DNA of 55,486 bases, the filler included, from Sphacelaria rigidula (lineage: Eukaryota): the NCBI GenBank assembly GCA_964200075.2. It is 4 parts of 4 records of this genome, joined end to end, with 100 filler letters (N's around TTAATTAATTAA, not from the genome) between each part and the next. Parts side by side here need not be neighbours in the genome. Positions count along the whole stretch, not along the records: positions 27,798 to 41,593 come from CAXNAA020002662.1; positions 41,694 to 55,486 come from CAXNAA020002663.1; 2 more parts are not named here. One strand, written 5' to 3'. The translations under genes were made by a program, and so were the position numbers. This document shows, piece by piece, positions 34,631 through 47,555 of the stretch (the first letter of the stretch is position 1; every line of letters starts with the position of its first letter). Below the pieces are notes generated by a model. That model made no database searches, was not told the origin of the DNA, and worked only from the letters and a program-made list of their open reading frames with translations.

Positions 34631-36130
34631 TTGTTCAAGTTGGTACATTCCCAACTCTGCTCTCAATGCTGCATTACCATCGAAGAGGGATGATCAACCA
34701 GAAAGACAAGGGCCTCCAACAAACAATGCTTCAGGTGTGTGGTCAGTGCAGCTACTGGAGCTCGCCATAAAAACCTCTGGAACCATGTACTTCATGTGAG
34801 GAAAGTGATAATCCAATGTAGCGAAATGGCGATTCAAACTGTAACGATCCACTGCAGTAGTTAATTCTTCGGGGTAGACAGTTTCGACCTAATGACGAGT
34901 GCAACAAAGGCACATAAGAGAGCATATAGCACGAAGGTATCAAATGTGAAGTTTGTATAATACAGACAGATCTACAGAATCGAAGGGACCGGCTACACAG
35001 AGAGGTTGAACTAAACGCAGGGTTTTGCAGTGCAAGGAGTTAGACGAGGCATTCCAAGTACATGCAGTGTAACCAGGGGCCAAGTACCGAGTAGGTCACC
35101 ATAAACAGGTCATATAGTGCAAGGGTCGAGTAGGTAGAGTGAAGCATAAGGGTTTAAGAAAAAGAGTTTTTCGAGAAGTGTGAAAATTGCGCTCTCGCCT
35201 GCTGCTGCCATTCTCCTCTGCACCAGTTCTGGTTTAGCTCTCTTTTTCAAGAAAAATAGAGTGTTTTGTTCCGTGTTGGTCACATAAGTGCCCGCGATAT
35301 CTATCGACTTCTGTCTGCTGCACGACGCAAGTGAGCTCAGTCGCCTCTGTGAATCCTCGGCGAGTTCCTAATGTCATCGAAACGGTCCACCTATAGCTCC
35401 TAGCTGTGCGACCGTTGATCACCTGAGCCTGTATACTTGAATGCAGCACGCCACATTGCCTCCAAATAGGCTACTACAACCCAGCAATGCGTAACAATAA
35501 TCACGATACTTCACAAATCATGGAGCCGCCACGCTTCGGTGACCTAACCGACATACTAACGGCCGGCGGAAAAAGGATGCGGCCTCGAATCCCGACAGGA
35601 AACAACGTTCTCGTGAGATTGAGAGTAGAGACTACCATTGAGAATGAATTGTTTCAGTTCCGAAATGCCCCTCCACAGGGCCCGATACAGTTTCTGTAGT
35701 AGCTTGTCACTGAGGCCCTTGATACCCCTGAGTAGGATATCGACGTGGAGCTGTAAGCATGCGCCAGTAGTGCTACAGTCAAGGAAAAAACACACACAGT
35801 GTAGAATTGACCACGTTGGAGCAAATGATGAAACCCACTCTCAATCAACGCTTTACTCTCAACCTCACGAAAACAGCGTTAGATACAGTTCTTTTCGGCA
35901 ATAACTGGCTTCGGTCGTTGAAGCGTGAGCACGTGCGTAACAATTAAAATAGACGAGAGCCGACGGGGTACGGGAGTGTTTCCAGTCATAATCTAATCCT
36001 ACTCCGCAATACTTCTGAGGGGAGTCTTTGGAGGGCTGTGTCGATCGAATCTTGAGACTACGCACTCATTTCCGGGGAGGGAGAGGGTGAAAAGTATGAC
36101 GGGGTAAAATAGGCAAGATACACCACACCA

Positions 36131-36773
36131 TTGGCCATTTCTTTCCTTTTTCTTTCTTCTCATTCATTTATTTCTTCTTTATGTCGTAGTATACAACGCT
36201 GTTCTGCTGTACCTTTTCTGTGTCTTGTTTATTTTTCCTTGAGCGAGTGTGTCAGTTTTGTTTCGTCTCGGGTACGTCTATCGTGTGGCCACAGCTGGAT
36301 CCCTGGATCCGCGGGAGGTCAGTTAACGTGCGACAATCAATCAAATTCAATCAATCGTGTGGAAAAGCAAGAACAGGCGAAAACGATCTGCTACTCATGA
36401 CTTCCATTGTTTCAGGCGAATCTCTGCATGATGATGAAACAGACGGTCCTGAAAAAATGGGAACGACATTTTTCTTATGGCAACGTGCAGAGATCGAGAT
36501 TGTACATGATATTGAACCTAGTACCCGTCCAAGGTCACCGTTACGGATCGTTTGACGGGTACCAGGTTCAATGTCGTGTGTAATCTCGACCTCAGTCATT
36601 GATCGATTGCTTGATTGATTGATTGTCGCACTTTAGCCGACCCCTCAGGGGTCATGATCCAGCCGTGGTCACACGATAGACGTACGTACCAAAGACAAAA
36701 CAAAACTGAAATACTCGCTGAAGAAAAAAAGGAACAGAACGAGATAGTAGACTAAGACGTGAAAAAAAAAAAA
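36131..36773. repeat. Tail-to-tail pair of (CAAT)n-tailed retroposon ends (36131-36356 +, 36598-36773 -)
   Basis: Both copies match the family at 4418-4580 and 19387-19580. Confidence 0.7.
36490..36593. other. Long imperfect hairpin (pre-miRNA-like or tiny MITE)
   Basis: 40-bp arms (36490-36529 and 36554-36593) with 34 Watson-Crick pairs. The inner 24 nt can pair further (CCG-TTA-CGG). Confidence 0.6.
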
Positions 36774-36979
36774 CGTCCGTCTGTTGTGACATACCATCGA
36801 CGCTAGCGTTTCTTTCCTGCATGACTAATATTTGTGACGACAACTCGATTTCAAAGCGTATCAGTTCATGTGTTGCAGTCAGTTTATCACTCCCTCAATC
36901 GATCGATGAAACCAACATACATACACCAGTGTTCAAACTCGCACACAGGGTCAACACAGAGGGGACTCGATGACCGCAC

Positions 36980-37085
36980 CTCCGGTCGCACGAGATTTGG
37001 AGCCCACACGATGGCTAGGTTTTCCGACGTCATCCGGTTTGCGCCGCTGTTAGCTGCCACCTTCCGCAAGAATCCGAACAGGAAC
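36980..37085 (-). CDS. RhoGAP exon (NRMTSENLAIVWAPNLVRP)
   Basis: Acceptor tcttcag|G, donor GAG|gtgcgg. Confidence 0.9.
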
Positions 37086-37780
37086 CTGAAGATGGAGTAT
37101 GACCGAGGAAAAGCGTGTACATCGGGTACGCGGCAAGTCAGGCACGATTGGCTTGGTTTTTGGGAGCGTGTTGTCGTAGTGGCAATCTTACTGCTTTGTG
37201 GAAGAGATGAGTTGCAAAGTGGAATCTACCATAAAGATGAACTAGAATGGAAGAGGTACGGCACGAGGTACCAACGACGAAACGACGTCGCCGCTCCCCG
37301 GTTGTCTAACTGGCGAGCCATGAAACTGATCAGGATGGAGCCGAGGGTTCGGATTCCGGCAGACACGACTTTTTTCTAACGAGTACATGATTTGCGGAGA
37401 TGAAAATGTTCGGAAGTGGATGCCTGAAAAAAAAATGACGGAAGCCGACGCACTGTGGAAGTGCTGACGCAATCGGCGATATCAACAGACCCGTTTCGTA
37501 GTGCATAGGGGGAGTGATAACTTGATCCCTCCAGACTGCGGGCTCATCCGGAGAGAGGGGACGAATTATTGCCCCCTTTGGCGCCCATGAGCCAGTAGGC
37601 TACTTCTTTTCTTGTATATTTTCAAGCCGGGAGGTCGGAAAAACTGTTTTTGGTCGAGCCACAACGCCTACGCAGAAAACCCGTTGCCACGGACACGCTT
37701 GCATCACAGCCCGTGGTGAGCTAATATTCGTGTACAAGGTAGGACCCGTGCCACACAGCCGTCTCACGATGATCAACAGT

Positions 37781-37852
<72 letters not shown>

Positions 37853-40800
37853 GTACAGTACCCGTGAGCATAACGGCAGCAATTGCAGCGATGCCCGCAC
37901 GTGGTCGACACACACAACCCGTCTTGAACCGTTTGTTGCTCAACAGTAAGTACAGTGCAGTCATGAAGTTTTATTCGAGCATGAGCCAAGGGCTGTTATT
38001 TCCACTACAGCTGCACTGCCGTCTCAAAACTTTTGAACAGTACATGGAGCATAGTAGCAGTGATCGCGTCAACAACTGAGAAACAAAGCGCATCCGTATG
38101 GTCAAAACAAACAACCGACGTGTTTCTTCCAATGCAGAGCAGCTGAAGGACGTGCCGTATTTGGTGCGGAGTGAACGTGCTGTAGGCGGTATGTTGTATG
38201 GGGGGGTCAGGGCAGAGGGTGGCTTGCTTCGGGCCGCAGATTCGCGGGAAAGTGTTCCCCCTACCCTCAACAAGCGATCGGGCAGAATGAACGCACACGC
38301 GTTGACACACGCGTTGACATCCACATCCACAAGCACGCATGGAACCTCAGTGGTGAGCTTAGTATTCCCACAAACCAATGCTCCCGCCCGCGGCCGTGTG
38401 CGGCTGAGCCTTGTGACGACACTGCCTATAAAAAGCCCAACCCGCACTCTCAACCCTGTAACATACCATCATGTATTCGGAGAAATTAATACGCGAACTC
38501 TGTATCAGCGCACGGACGTACTGCCAGGTCTTCATCGTCTACAATACCGTCAACTTCCACGGGACTGTCAAGTCTCGCAGCACGTCGCGGGTGCCAAAAC
38601 GGTTTCAAGTATGCCAGGGGGGGGGGGGCTCTGTACCCGATGGAAAGAAACTGCGGGAAAGGCAAGGACGAAACCATGGCCAACATTGAAAATGTGTCGT
38701 GTATCGAGCGAAAATCATACCACAGTATCCAAATAGCACTTGTCCGATCTAGACCGTGCGTCTGGCCTGAATGTCCTACCAATAACGTTGAGTCTCAAGA
38801 AACACAAAAAGCATTCGCCACACTAGAGCCTTCGAAGCGAGGGACCTTCCCAGCGCGCATACAACACATGCATTCGAGGGATATATTCATCCATGGGATG
38901 TATTCACGGAGATAGTTCTCATCGACACATGGACATGGCGATGCCGCGCAAGCGAGAGAGAGCCTGCCAAAGCGTACGCCCGACGCCTGAGTCAATGCCC
39001 GTCGCTAAGGCATACTCAGCACATCAACGGCAACGTACCCACCACCGCTTGTGTACCTGAGACAGTTGTAGTTGGCGATGGGGATGCTCCACAACACGCC
39101 CTTCATGGCTTGTACCCACCGCTCGTCTGGTGCTCCCGCCGCTTTGGCAATCGCCACCACCTTGTCGTACGCGCTGTCGATAAAATCACGCGAGGCCAAA
39201 ACACCAACCATGATTAGATATCGTTGGCTCCTCATCGACGACGAGCACGATCCAACACAAGAAAGCCAACAGGGCGGGCCGCGATCACGCGCTAAGCCGT
39301 ACTCAAGGCACACCAACCCGGGCCCCTTGCTTCGAACAGCCCCCACCTCCTCCAAACTTAGGGTTAGGGTTAGTTTAGAGTGAGGGTCAAAAGGACCCAT
39401 TCCCATCTCAACTAAAACTAAAACCAAACGGAGTCAAAAGAGATGGGAAAATGGCGGACGATGCCAATACCTGCGTATTCACTCCAAGGATATTTATTCA
39501 CTTGGCCGGCACACGTGATATCTTCGCGCGCTCATGTACGTCCCTGGATCGTCTCAACTGTAGACTTGTCCGAAATCAGAACAAGGTGACAGTGCTGCTC
39601 CAGAGGCTTCCTCCCTTTCAAGGGCTCCAGAGACTTCAAGACTCAAGCAGTTTACACAAACAGCTGTCTTCGTTAAACCAGAAGTTACCTTTCTCCCCTT
39701 GCACACACATCACATGTCAAGCAGTCACAGTCATACTCCAGAGAATATCCCATGACCAAATATCATGTAACCTAATATCCAGTACATCATGTACCTGTAC
39801 GTGTACTGGAGGTGGACTACTCTACAGCACCCCCAAGACTCCACCAACGACTCTTCACAACGACAGATAGCCATATGATCTTCCTATCCGTTTGCCGCCT
39901 GCGGGAGCTTGTGTCGACGCGTCTTAACGATGAGGCTATTATTGCTACCTTTACTTTCCATTTTCCACCTTCATCTTGATGGGGACGGACGAACGATCAA
40001 ACTCATGCTGAACGTCATTGGGTTGATAATTCTGAATTCCACATTACGCCGCAAAGTGCCATGCTAGGGGATGCAAATGCCCAATATCATCACAAATACT
40101 CTCAAGAGCAGCAAAATCATACCACGTAGTACGGTATCTGTATGCGCCCTCAAAGTGTTGCCCTGAGTCATTGCTGTGCTTGCGAAAGCTCAAAATATCG
40201 GCTGGGGATAAACAGTTGCCCCCCCCCCTCCTTTCTCTTCCCTTTCCTTCTATTCCCATGCTACGCGAAGATCTAAAAAAAAAACGAAAACATGATCCAA
40301 AAACAAGGGAAATTCCTTTCCCTGACAGATGCACACAGGTGACTATAAGAACTCACCTGGATCGTAAGGATGAGGTGAAAATACGGCGGAAACAAGACGG
40401 GATGTTCCTGTTCAAGGGGTAACTCAAGGTAACTAGTGCGGAACGATCCAGCCAACCATCAGCGCGCAACCAGGAGCGACTAAGGATAAAGTCCACTTAC
40501 ACAGCCTGAGTGCATGGCTCTCTCATTCCACAAAGGCAAAAAGTTTATTTCGCATGCACCCTAGTATCTGCATGCAGCAGAGCAGCAGTGCTGTGTGCAG
40601 AATAAGGCCTGCGCACGTCTTCAAGTGGGGAACACAAGAACAGTGCTAATTGTTGGGGGCGCCTACTTTCCAAATCTGGAATGGAAAAATTGGCATCGCC
40701 ATGGGAGGGGGGGGAAGCCATGCACATATCCGACTTGAAACAGAAAGAACTTAAGTAAACATCGAAAACGTGCGAAAATTGGAAAGGGATCATTTCCCAT

Positions 40801-41317
40801 TGACATCGTGAACAGTCGGTACACCTGAATGTTTACCACGTCGGACAGGCCACGAGCTACCTCAATATTACTTCGTATGAGTGTGCTGATACGAATCATG
40901 AGCTACCTCATTTGGCCCGATTTTCCATAGTTGCCCGCTACATACAGCGCTGGACACCGGGCACGCGGAGAGGCACAAATGCAGCGCTTTGACTTCTCGC
41001 ACCCGCGGTCACGTAGTTTGTGTTCTTGGACAACAGGTCTGAGCGTCGTCTTCCAGTAGTCATTTTAGGTGGCTCATCAGCTGTCCGATATGTGATTTTT
41101 TTTCAAGCCATGGGTTCATCGAATCTCCCATCTGAATAACCACGAAGTGAGGCTGACGGTAATGGTTTGATAGCTTGAATAGAACTGCTCGCAGCGCGAT
41201 ACCTGAAGGGAATCAGAGGTTCTGGCAGCTCCCTGAAGAAGGCCTTGAGCAGCTGCGCCACCATATTGACATTCTCTCCTCTCAGCACTACGCACTCCGG
41301 CTCTTGCATCACCTCTT
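36980..41317 (-). CDS. Rho GTPase-activating protein (RhoGAP domain), internal exons only
   Basis: join(complement 41203-41317, 39057-39173, 36980-37085); GT-AG introns with consistent phases. Spliced: ENVNMVAQLLKAFFRELPEPLIPFSAYDKVVAIAKAAGAPDERWVQAMKGVLWSIPIANYNCLRFLFGFLRKVAANSGANRMTSENLAIVWAPNLVRPE. Confidence 0.92.
37782..37850 (+). repeat. (CAA)23 microsatellite, intronic
   Basis: Perfect trinucleotide run; it explains the poly-V, poly-C and poly-L ORFs in the track. Confidence 0.97.
39057..39173 (-). CDS. RhoGAP exon (YDKVV...IPIANYNCL)
   Basis: Acceptor tcgacag|C, donor AG|gtacac. Confidence 0.85.
41203..41317 (-). CDS. RhoGAP exon (LLKAFFRELPEPLIP)
   Basis: Acceptor ccatcag|AA, donor AG|gtatcg. 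Confidence 0.88.
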
Positions 41318-41593
41318 CTGATGGGTCCCAGCATATCTACCCACACGAGGGAAAGGGTTTTACAGAACGAGAAGGCGCTCGCTCGGTCAGAAGCCATCAC
41401 ACGTTCGTGAAACGGTACATTTCGGAGGGTCGGCGTCTTCACGAGAGTTTACAGGGATTTTTTTGTTTTTTTCCCTCACATTTTGACCCCTTCCCTTCCT
41501 CGGGATGAGTCCGTGGTCTCAAGGGATCAACCCATCTCTCCCCCGGTACGTGCCTTTCATTTTGGTCTCGCGGATTGGGTCATGACTATAAGC

Positions 41594-41693
41594 NNNNNNN
41601 NNNNNNNNNNNNNNNNNNNNNNNNNNNNNNNNNNNNNTTAATTAATTAANNNNNNNNNNNNNNNNNNNNNNNNNNNNNNNNNNNNNNNNNNNN
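41594..41693. other. Artificial contig spacer
   Basis: Same N44-TTAATTAATTAA-N44 layout. Confidence 0.98.
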
Positions 41694-41843
41694 TCACCCG
41701 CTCTCAGGGGAAATCACCCGCTATTCTCGAAGCTTCTTTTTCCCGAGTGACTCTTATTCCTGGAACGTACCTCACAAATCGTGCCTACCGGTGAGTCTAC
41801 CCAATTGGCAGAGTACAGGGCATATGCTACGTATTCCTCAACA
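41694..41843 (-). repeat. 3' LTR, partial
   Basis: Direct repeat of 46823-46972; starts with TG after the PPT. Confidence 0.9.
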
Positions 41844-44800
41844 CCCCCGCCTGCTCAACGATTCTGACACGCTACAGTATATGCTCTCTGGATTTTCGGA
41901 ATCCTAAGAACCATTCATGGGAAAACGAGCATGTCCCTCAAGAGTCTTCGAATCCGATGCTTTGGTGAGGATGTCCGCGTGTTGCTCTCCTGAGTTCACG
42001 TATTCCACACGGATGATACTGCTGTTGACAACGTCCCTAACGACGTTGTGTTTGACGTCGATGTGCCTTGTCGGTCGGCTGCTGAACCAGTTGTTCGCCA
42101 TTTTAGTAGCGCCCTGTTTATTCTCGTGAAGAGGAATCCCGGTGTCATCGGGTGGTGACATGAGGTATTTTACCCGTCTGAGGAAGTGCAGCTCGTTGCT
42201 TGCTTCTGCGAGCGCTATGTACTCCGACTCTGATGTAGCCGAAGCGGTAAGCTTCTGTGCCTGAGAGAATCAGCTGATGACGCTTCCGGCCAGCATGAAC
42301 GCTGCTCCTGACATCGAATGCCGGGTTTTCGGGCAGGTCGCGTGGTCCGCGTCGACCCACGCGGAAAGCTTAATGTCGTTTCTGGACGTTCCTCCATACA
42401 CGATCCCGCAGTCTGTGGTGCGCTTCAGGTACTGCATGAGGATAACTGCTTTCCAGTGTGCCGGTCCCGGGTTGTCGCTGAACTTGGCGACGTTGTGTGC
42501 TGCGAAGGATAGATCGGGTCTTGCCATGGTCGCAATGCACATCAGTGCTCCCACCGCCTCTCGGTAGGGGATACCCCGCATCTAGTTCACTCCGTCTTTG
42601 TTTCCCGGTCCGTCTGTCTTCGAGAGAGCAGCTGCTCCAGTAGCGACCTGGATCTTGGAAGCACTCGACCACTTCCTTCGCGTACTGGCGTTGGCCAAGA
42701 GTTACCGTTCCAACGTTGCGGTCCCGGCAGACGTGGCACCCGAGGTAGTATGAGATTTCCCGCGAGCCCTTGATGGAAAGCTCGATTGCAGATCTGCGAG
42801 TGCCCTTTCCTCGTCCTCCTTCGTGGCGCTGACCAGGAAAAGATCGTCCACGTAGACGACTATCTATGATGACTGCCACGCGGCCTTCTCGCTTCTTGCG
42901 GTAGGTGAAGGGGTCGGGTTACGATCTCTCAAAACCCTTGCGGAGAACTTCTTGGTCATACTTCTTCGACCACAGTAGTTCTGCGTGCATCAGGCCGTAC
43001 ATGGCCTTGTTGGGTCGTCTCACTTGGTTCTTGGACTGACGGTATCCGTCGGATAGTTCGATATAGATCTCTTCCTCGACGTCCGCCTCGAGGTAGGCCA
43101 TCTCTACATCTAGTTGGCGTCCTCCCCAATTCTGTGTCGCCATGAGCTCAAGTGCCATCCGGATGCTGGACTGCGCCGGTGTGAGAGAGGGGGATTCCTG
43201 GTAGTGAATACCCGGGTATCTGGCGAAAACCTTGAGCGAAAAATCGGCACCTATACTTCTCGATCTGCCCGTCCTTGTTGATCTTCCTCTTTAAGACGAG
43301 TCTCGTGCAAGAACCGTTTTGCCTTTGGGGCGGTCTACCGTTTCCCAAACCCCGCGAGAGAGTTATCCCTCTATCTCGCGTTGCAAGGCTCTTCGCCACT
43401 GGGTCCATTCTGGGGATGATTGTGCCTGTCCCATTGTTGTTGGTTCCTCTGGTAATTCGTTTGGTAGTGTGACGATGAGTGCTGCTTCTTTGGCCATAGT
43501 ATTCTCCACTTTTCTGGTCTCCATGTCTGCGGCCTGAGCTTTCATCGCGGGACTGAGCAGCGTGGTTAGCCCTCCTCCACGTGTACGAAGCGCGGTAGGA
43601 TGGCTGGAGTTCGCCCGTGTGGTGGATTGCTAATTTGTGTACCGCTGCGGTCGTGGGCGTGGTGGTCGTTGTGCTGGGTCGTTCTTCGTCCTCCTGCTCG
43701 GAGATATCCGGCTCGAGCTCTGTCGCGTTTTTGGAGGGGTATTCGACAATGGTCTCGAAGGTTGTTAGAGTGAATGACCGCCGTGAAGCTGCTTGCTTGT
43801 ACCCCCCCTTCCCCGGCTTCGCAGCGGTCGGCCCGTCGTGTGCAGGTGACTTCGAGGGGTGCCAGACAACGGGTTGGCGCAGAACCACCGATCCGGTGGT
43901 GAGGTCTCTCACCCGGTATGTCAGCAATGGGCGATCCATCGCAATGCCCAGCAGGATGCACTTGTTTCCGCGCGGGATCAGCTTGTGTGGCGGATTGTGC
44001 CGGCGTAAGTAGCCGACGGTGCCGAACGGAAGAATCCCGGTGAAGGAAGGTTTCTGGTCATACCAGAGCTTGTAGGGCGTGAGTCAGCACCCCAGTGACT
44101 ATGTGATGCTCTTGTTGGTTGTGTCGCAGCAGGCGTATTGCATGGCTTCGGCCCAGAGGCGATCGGATTTCCTTTTCTAGAGGCTGAAAAACAGGGCGAC
44201 AGTTTTGTCGCGCAGTAGCCCGAGAGCTTGCTCGGCGATTCCGTTGTACTAAGGAGTGTGAGGTGGCGTACGCTCGCGCGTAATGCCCAGCTTGTTGAGG
44301 AGGTCTTGAAACTTCCCCTTGGATTCACCTCCCCGTCAGTACGGATGATGCCGATCTTGATGCTAGCAGGGTAGATGTGCGTAGCGAGGATGTCCTCATG
44401 TGCCGCAGTGGTGTCGTCCTTCTTCTTCAGAAACCGTATGACTTTGAAACGGCTGTAGTCGTCGACACACAGCATCGCGTAGCGACTACAAGAAAACGAT
44501 GTGTCCGCGAACGGCCCAGCGAGGTCGATGAAGAATCGCCCAGCGCGCGTATAAGCGCGTGTCTATGGTCTTCGGCACAGCAAAGCGTCGAACTTGTGAT
44601 CCGGAGTAGGGCGCGTATGGTCGCCACTCGCCTGTCAGCTGTATGTCGGCCATCTTGGCAGTCTCGCGCGTGATCTCCTCGCTGGGGTGTCCCAGTATCT
44701 CGCGGAAAACCATGATGTCTTGGGCGTGGGGTTTCGAACCGGGTTTCTTTCCAAGCATCGCGTGGTCGTTTGGCGGTGACGTGTGGTTGGGCTTCGGCGT

Positions 44801-46464
44801 GGCAGGGCGGCGTCGAACCTTGATCTCGTGAAGGTCGCTATCGGGGTGGAGCCTTCGAAACGTGAGTGCCCTTGGTCCCTGCGGTGGTTTGATGGTGCTG
44901 GCTGCAGGGTACATTCGGAGGGGCGCGTGGACTGACTTGGACGCTTTTGTCACCGAAAGCAGGCTGTGGTTTCCCGATTGGGACACATGCACCGCGCGCG
45001 GTAGCTCGAGGTCCTCCGTGGTTCCAGTGAAATCGCCGTTGTCTTGGTCAACTTCGGGGTGAAGACGGCCGTATCTGGCGATGGGGAGGAAGTTTCCGCT
45101 GGTGACCCCCTCGCGGTCGTTCGTTGAGGTGATATGGTAGTCGCGTACATTAGCGACGCTTGACGTCATGTGCTCCGTTACTCCGCTATCGGCTACTCAG
45201 ACTTCGTCGTCTCGATTCTTCTTGGCGATGAGTCCGTCAGTGGTGAATTTCTTGGCCAGCAGACCGTCGCCGAGGGCGCCTGTCGAATGCGTAGTCGCCA
45301 TCATGCCTTGTTGACGGCCTGTCGCACCTGCATTCTTGGGGCGGTTCGGACACTCGGAAGTCTTGTGTGGCCCTTCGCATAGAAACATCCCGAGTTGGGT
45401 GTCTTGCGGTCTTCAGCGTTGTTCCGTCCTGTGCTATTGCCCTTCTGGCGGTTGGAGCTTCGACCTCGGCCTCGGGTGCGAACGACCGCTTGGAATTTGC
45501 GGCTAGATATTGCATCGTGCCCGGGCTTGGAGCAGAGGACGCAGAAGAAAGCAGATCTGTCGCTACCCGAGTTCATAGTTATTTGTGCGTGTGAGCCTGC
45601 AGCAGTCTTTTCTCCCTCGCGACGCTCGTACTGCTTGAGGATCGTGCGTTCGATCCAGTCTCGATCGGGCCTGTTGGCTGAACTTTCGAGCATGCGAGCC
45701 TCCACGACGTAATGGTTTGTCAGCCCCGATATGATTACAACATCGATATCCTTTTCGTCGACGGGCCTTTCGACGCGCTCAAGTTCTCGAACGAGGCGAT
45801 CCACTCTAAGTAGGTACTTCCGAGGGTGCTCTCCGAGCTCCATCTTCAAACCGTAAATATTCATGATGAGCTGCTTTCGTTCTTTATACCCATTTGCGTG
45901 GTGGTGTTCCACCAGTCGTCGCCAGGAGGAAAACAGAGGACTGTAATCTCAAGGACGATTCTCTTACAATTAGTAATCAGGGAAACCCACACCTAATTGG
46001 CCTTCCTTAGGGAGTCTGGGTCGATGCCGTTGCTGTCGAACTTCTCCTGTCCCACTTTCACTTCTTCGTCGCCGGTGGCACTAAGCACATCGATGCATCC
46101 CAGCTTCGTCAACTGGGCCCGGTGTGCTGGGGACCAGTCGTTCCAGTCTTCGGGTTCCCCGGAGATTTTTTGGAAGTCGATCTTGACGTTGGCTTGTTGT
46201 GGGTCGGCTGGTACGATCCCAGGCAATGGGAACTGCTGCTGCTGCTGCTGCTGCTGCTCCTGCCCCTGAGCCTGGACCTGTTTCAGTGCTTGTTGTTGAG
46301 ACTGCTGTTGCTGTTGCATCATCGCTTGTGTAGCAGTTATGAAGTTTGACAGGTTGCCTTCTACCGATTGCGCAGCGCTTGACGAACGCGTCTCCATCTC
46401 TCTCGGTTTCCGTAAAACCCCGAAGAACTAGTGACTACCTCCGTTGGTAGTAAACGTTATAACG

Positions 46465-46972
46465 TGTCAAAGTAACCTCTCTCGATGAGGATCACGGATG
46501 TGAACACGGCTTCCCAGTTTCAGACGCTAGAACAATTTATGGCTCAGACAGCAGTCGAGCGTGTCTCGATGACGGAAATGATTGAAAACGTCATATTACT
46601 ATCGAAGAACCGTGATGGTCCCCAGTCACTCCCAACACTTAACTTACGCAAGGAGATATACTCGGCGTTCTATGCTCTAGCGAGGAGAAGGCGTGGACAG
46701 CAGTAAGTTAGCTGTCAGAAGGAAATCGGAAGGAAGTAAGCAAAAGGGGGAGCTGGTTTGCCTGCGTCGCTCTTCCTATCGCTCGATGTCTAGATACTTG
46801 TTTGGGAAGTCACCCGTGCTAATCACCCGCTCTCAGGGGAAATCACCCGCTATTCTCGAAGCTTCTTTTTCCCGAGTGACTCTTATTCCTGGAACGTACC
46901 TCACAAATCGTGCCTACCGGTGAGTCTACCCAATTGGCAGAGTACAGGGTATATGCTACGCATTCCCTAAGA
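46465..46972 (-). repeat. 5' LTR (~508 bp)
   Basis: 46823-46972 matches 41694-41843 at 145 of 150 positions. The inner boundary ...TTTGACA is followed by CGTTATAA, resembling the GGTTAT-type Copia PBS. Confidence 0.75.
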
Positions 46973-46979
46973 GCCCATT

Positions 46980-47555
46980 GCAGCCTGCACGCAAGGACGT
47001 GCAGCATTGAAGTCTGGACAGCGCCTCTAATCGTGCCTAGGACTTAGCCCGTTATAGCAGCGTTTACTTCGGGCGGGGAGACGAATGCAGTGTAGCAAGC
47101 TGTAGCGGCAAGGGCCTACACGTACGACGTGTAGCAAAAGATCTGCAAAGCACCATATTTGCGCGTCGAGTATTTTCGCAATCTCGGGGTTATTGAAATC
47201 GTGCCAAGAATGTGATCTCTAGCAGCGTTTGCTTGGACCAAGACATGACTGCACATAGCGAGAGTAGCTCTGGTACAGCCGTGAGGAGCCTGCGCGATCA
47301 ACAGGTAGCAACAAGATCTGCAAAGTACCACATTTGCGCGTCGGGTATTCTCACAATCTCGGGGGTGTTGAACTCGTGCCAAGGATTTGGTCTCTAGCAG
47401 CGTTTGCTTGGACCAAGACACGACTGCACATAGCGAGAGTAACTCTGGCACAGTCGTGAGGAGCCTGCGCGGTCGACGTGCAGCAACGAGATCTGGACAG
47501 CACCACATTTGCATGTCGAGTATTTTTACGATCTTGGGGGCGTTGAAATCGTGTA
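46980..47555 (+). repeat. 175-bp tandem repeat (~3 units) in the 5' leader of a Copia element
   Basis: The anchor ATCTG(C/G)A(A/C)AG recurs at 47141, 47316 and 47491, with a degenerate unit near 46980-47070. Confidence 0.85.

Larger units (their letters stand above)
41694..46972 (-). mobile_element. Ty1/Copia retrotransposon with both LTRs (3' LTR cut by the contig edge), degenerate
   Basis: gag from 46397 (poly-Q, knuckles CVLCSKPGH and CFLCEGPHKTSEC), PR VADSGVTEHMT, INT FIDLAGP and CVDDYSRF, RT LDVEMAYLEA and YVDD, RNase H TRHIDVKH and ADILTK. PPT GAGCAGGCGGGGG precedes TGTTG at 41843. Confidence 0.95.

Noticed and set aside
37600..37989. Poly-Val, poly-Cys and poly-Leu ORFs
   Set aside because: They are translations of the intronic (CAA)23 microsatellite.
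38098..38736. 212-aa plus-strand ORF
   Set aside because: No recognisable domain, antisense within a RhoGAP intron; likely a chance ORF.
39357..39385. Telomeric TTAGGG repeats (also ~32310-32332)
   Set aside because: Only about two units, internal and degenerate; not a chromosome end.
8426..41317. RibD_C and RhoGAP exons as parts of one gene or cluster
   Set aside because: They lie on different, unlinked contigs separated by artificial spacers.
41694..41820. 127 bp of perfect LTR identity suggesting a very recent Copia insertion
   Set aside because: The identity starts exactly at the contig edge, as expected where a de Bruijn assembly breaks in a repeat. The next 23 bp have 5 mismatches and the ORFs are heavily degraded.
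47120..47555. CRISPR-like periodic array
   Set aside because: Whole 175-bp units repeat with no unique spacers, there are no cas genes, and the context is eukaryotic TE.
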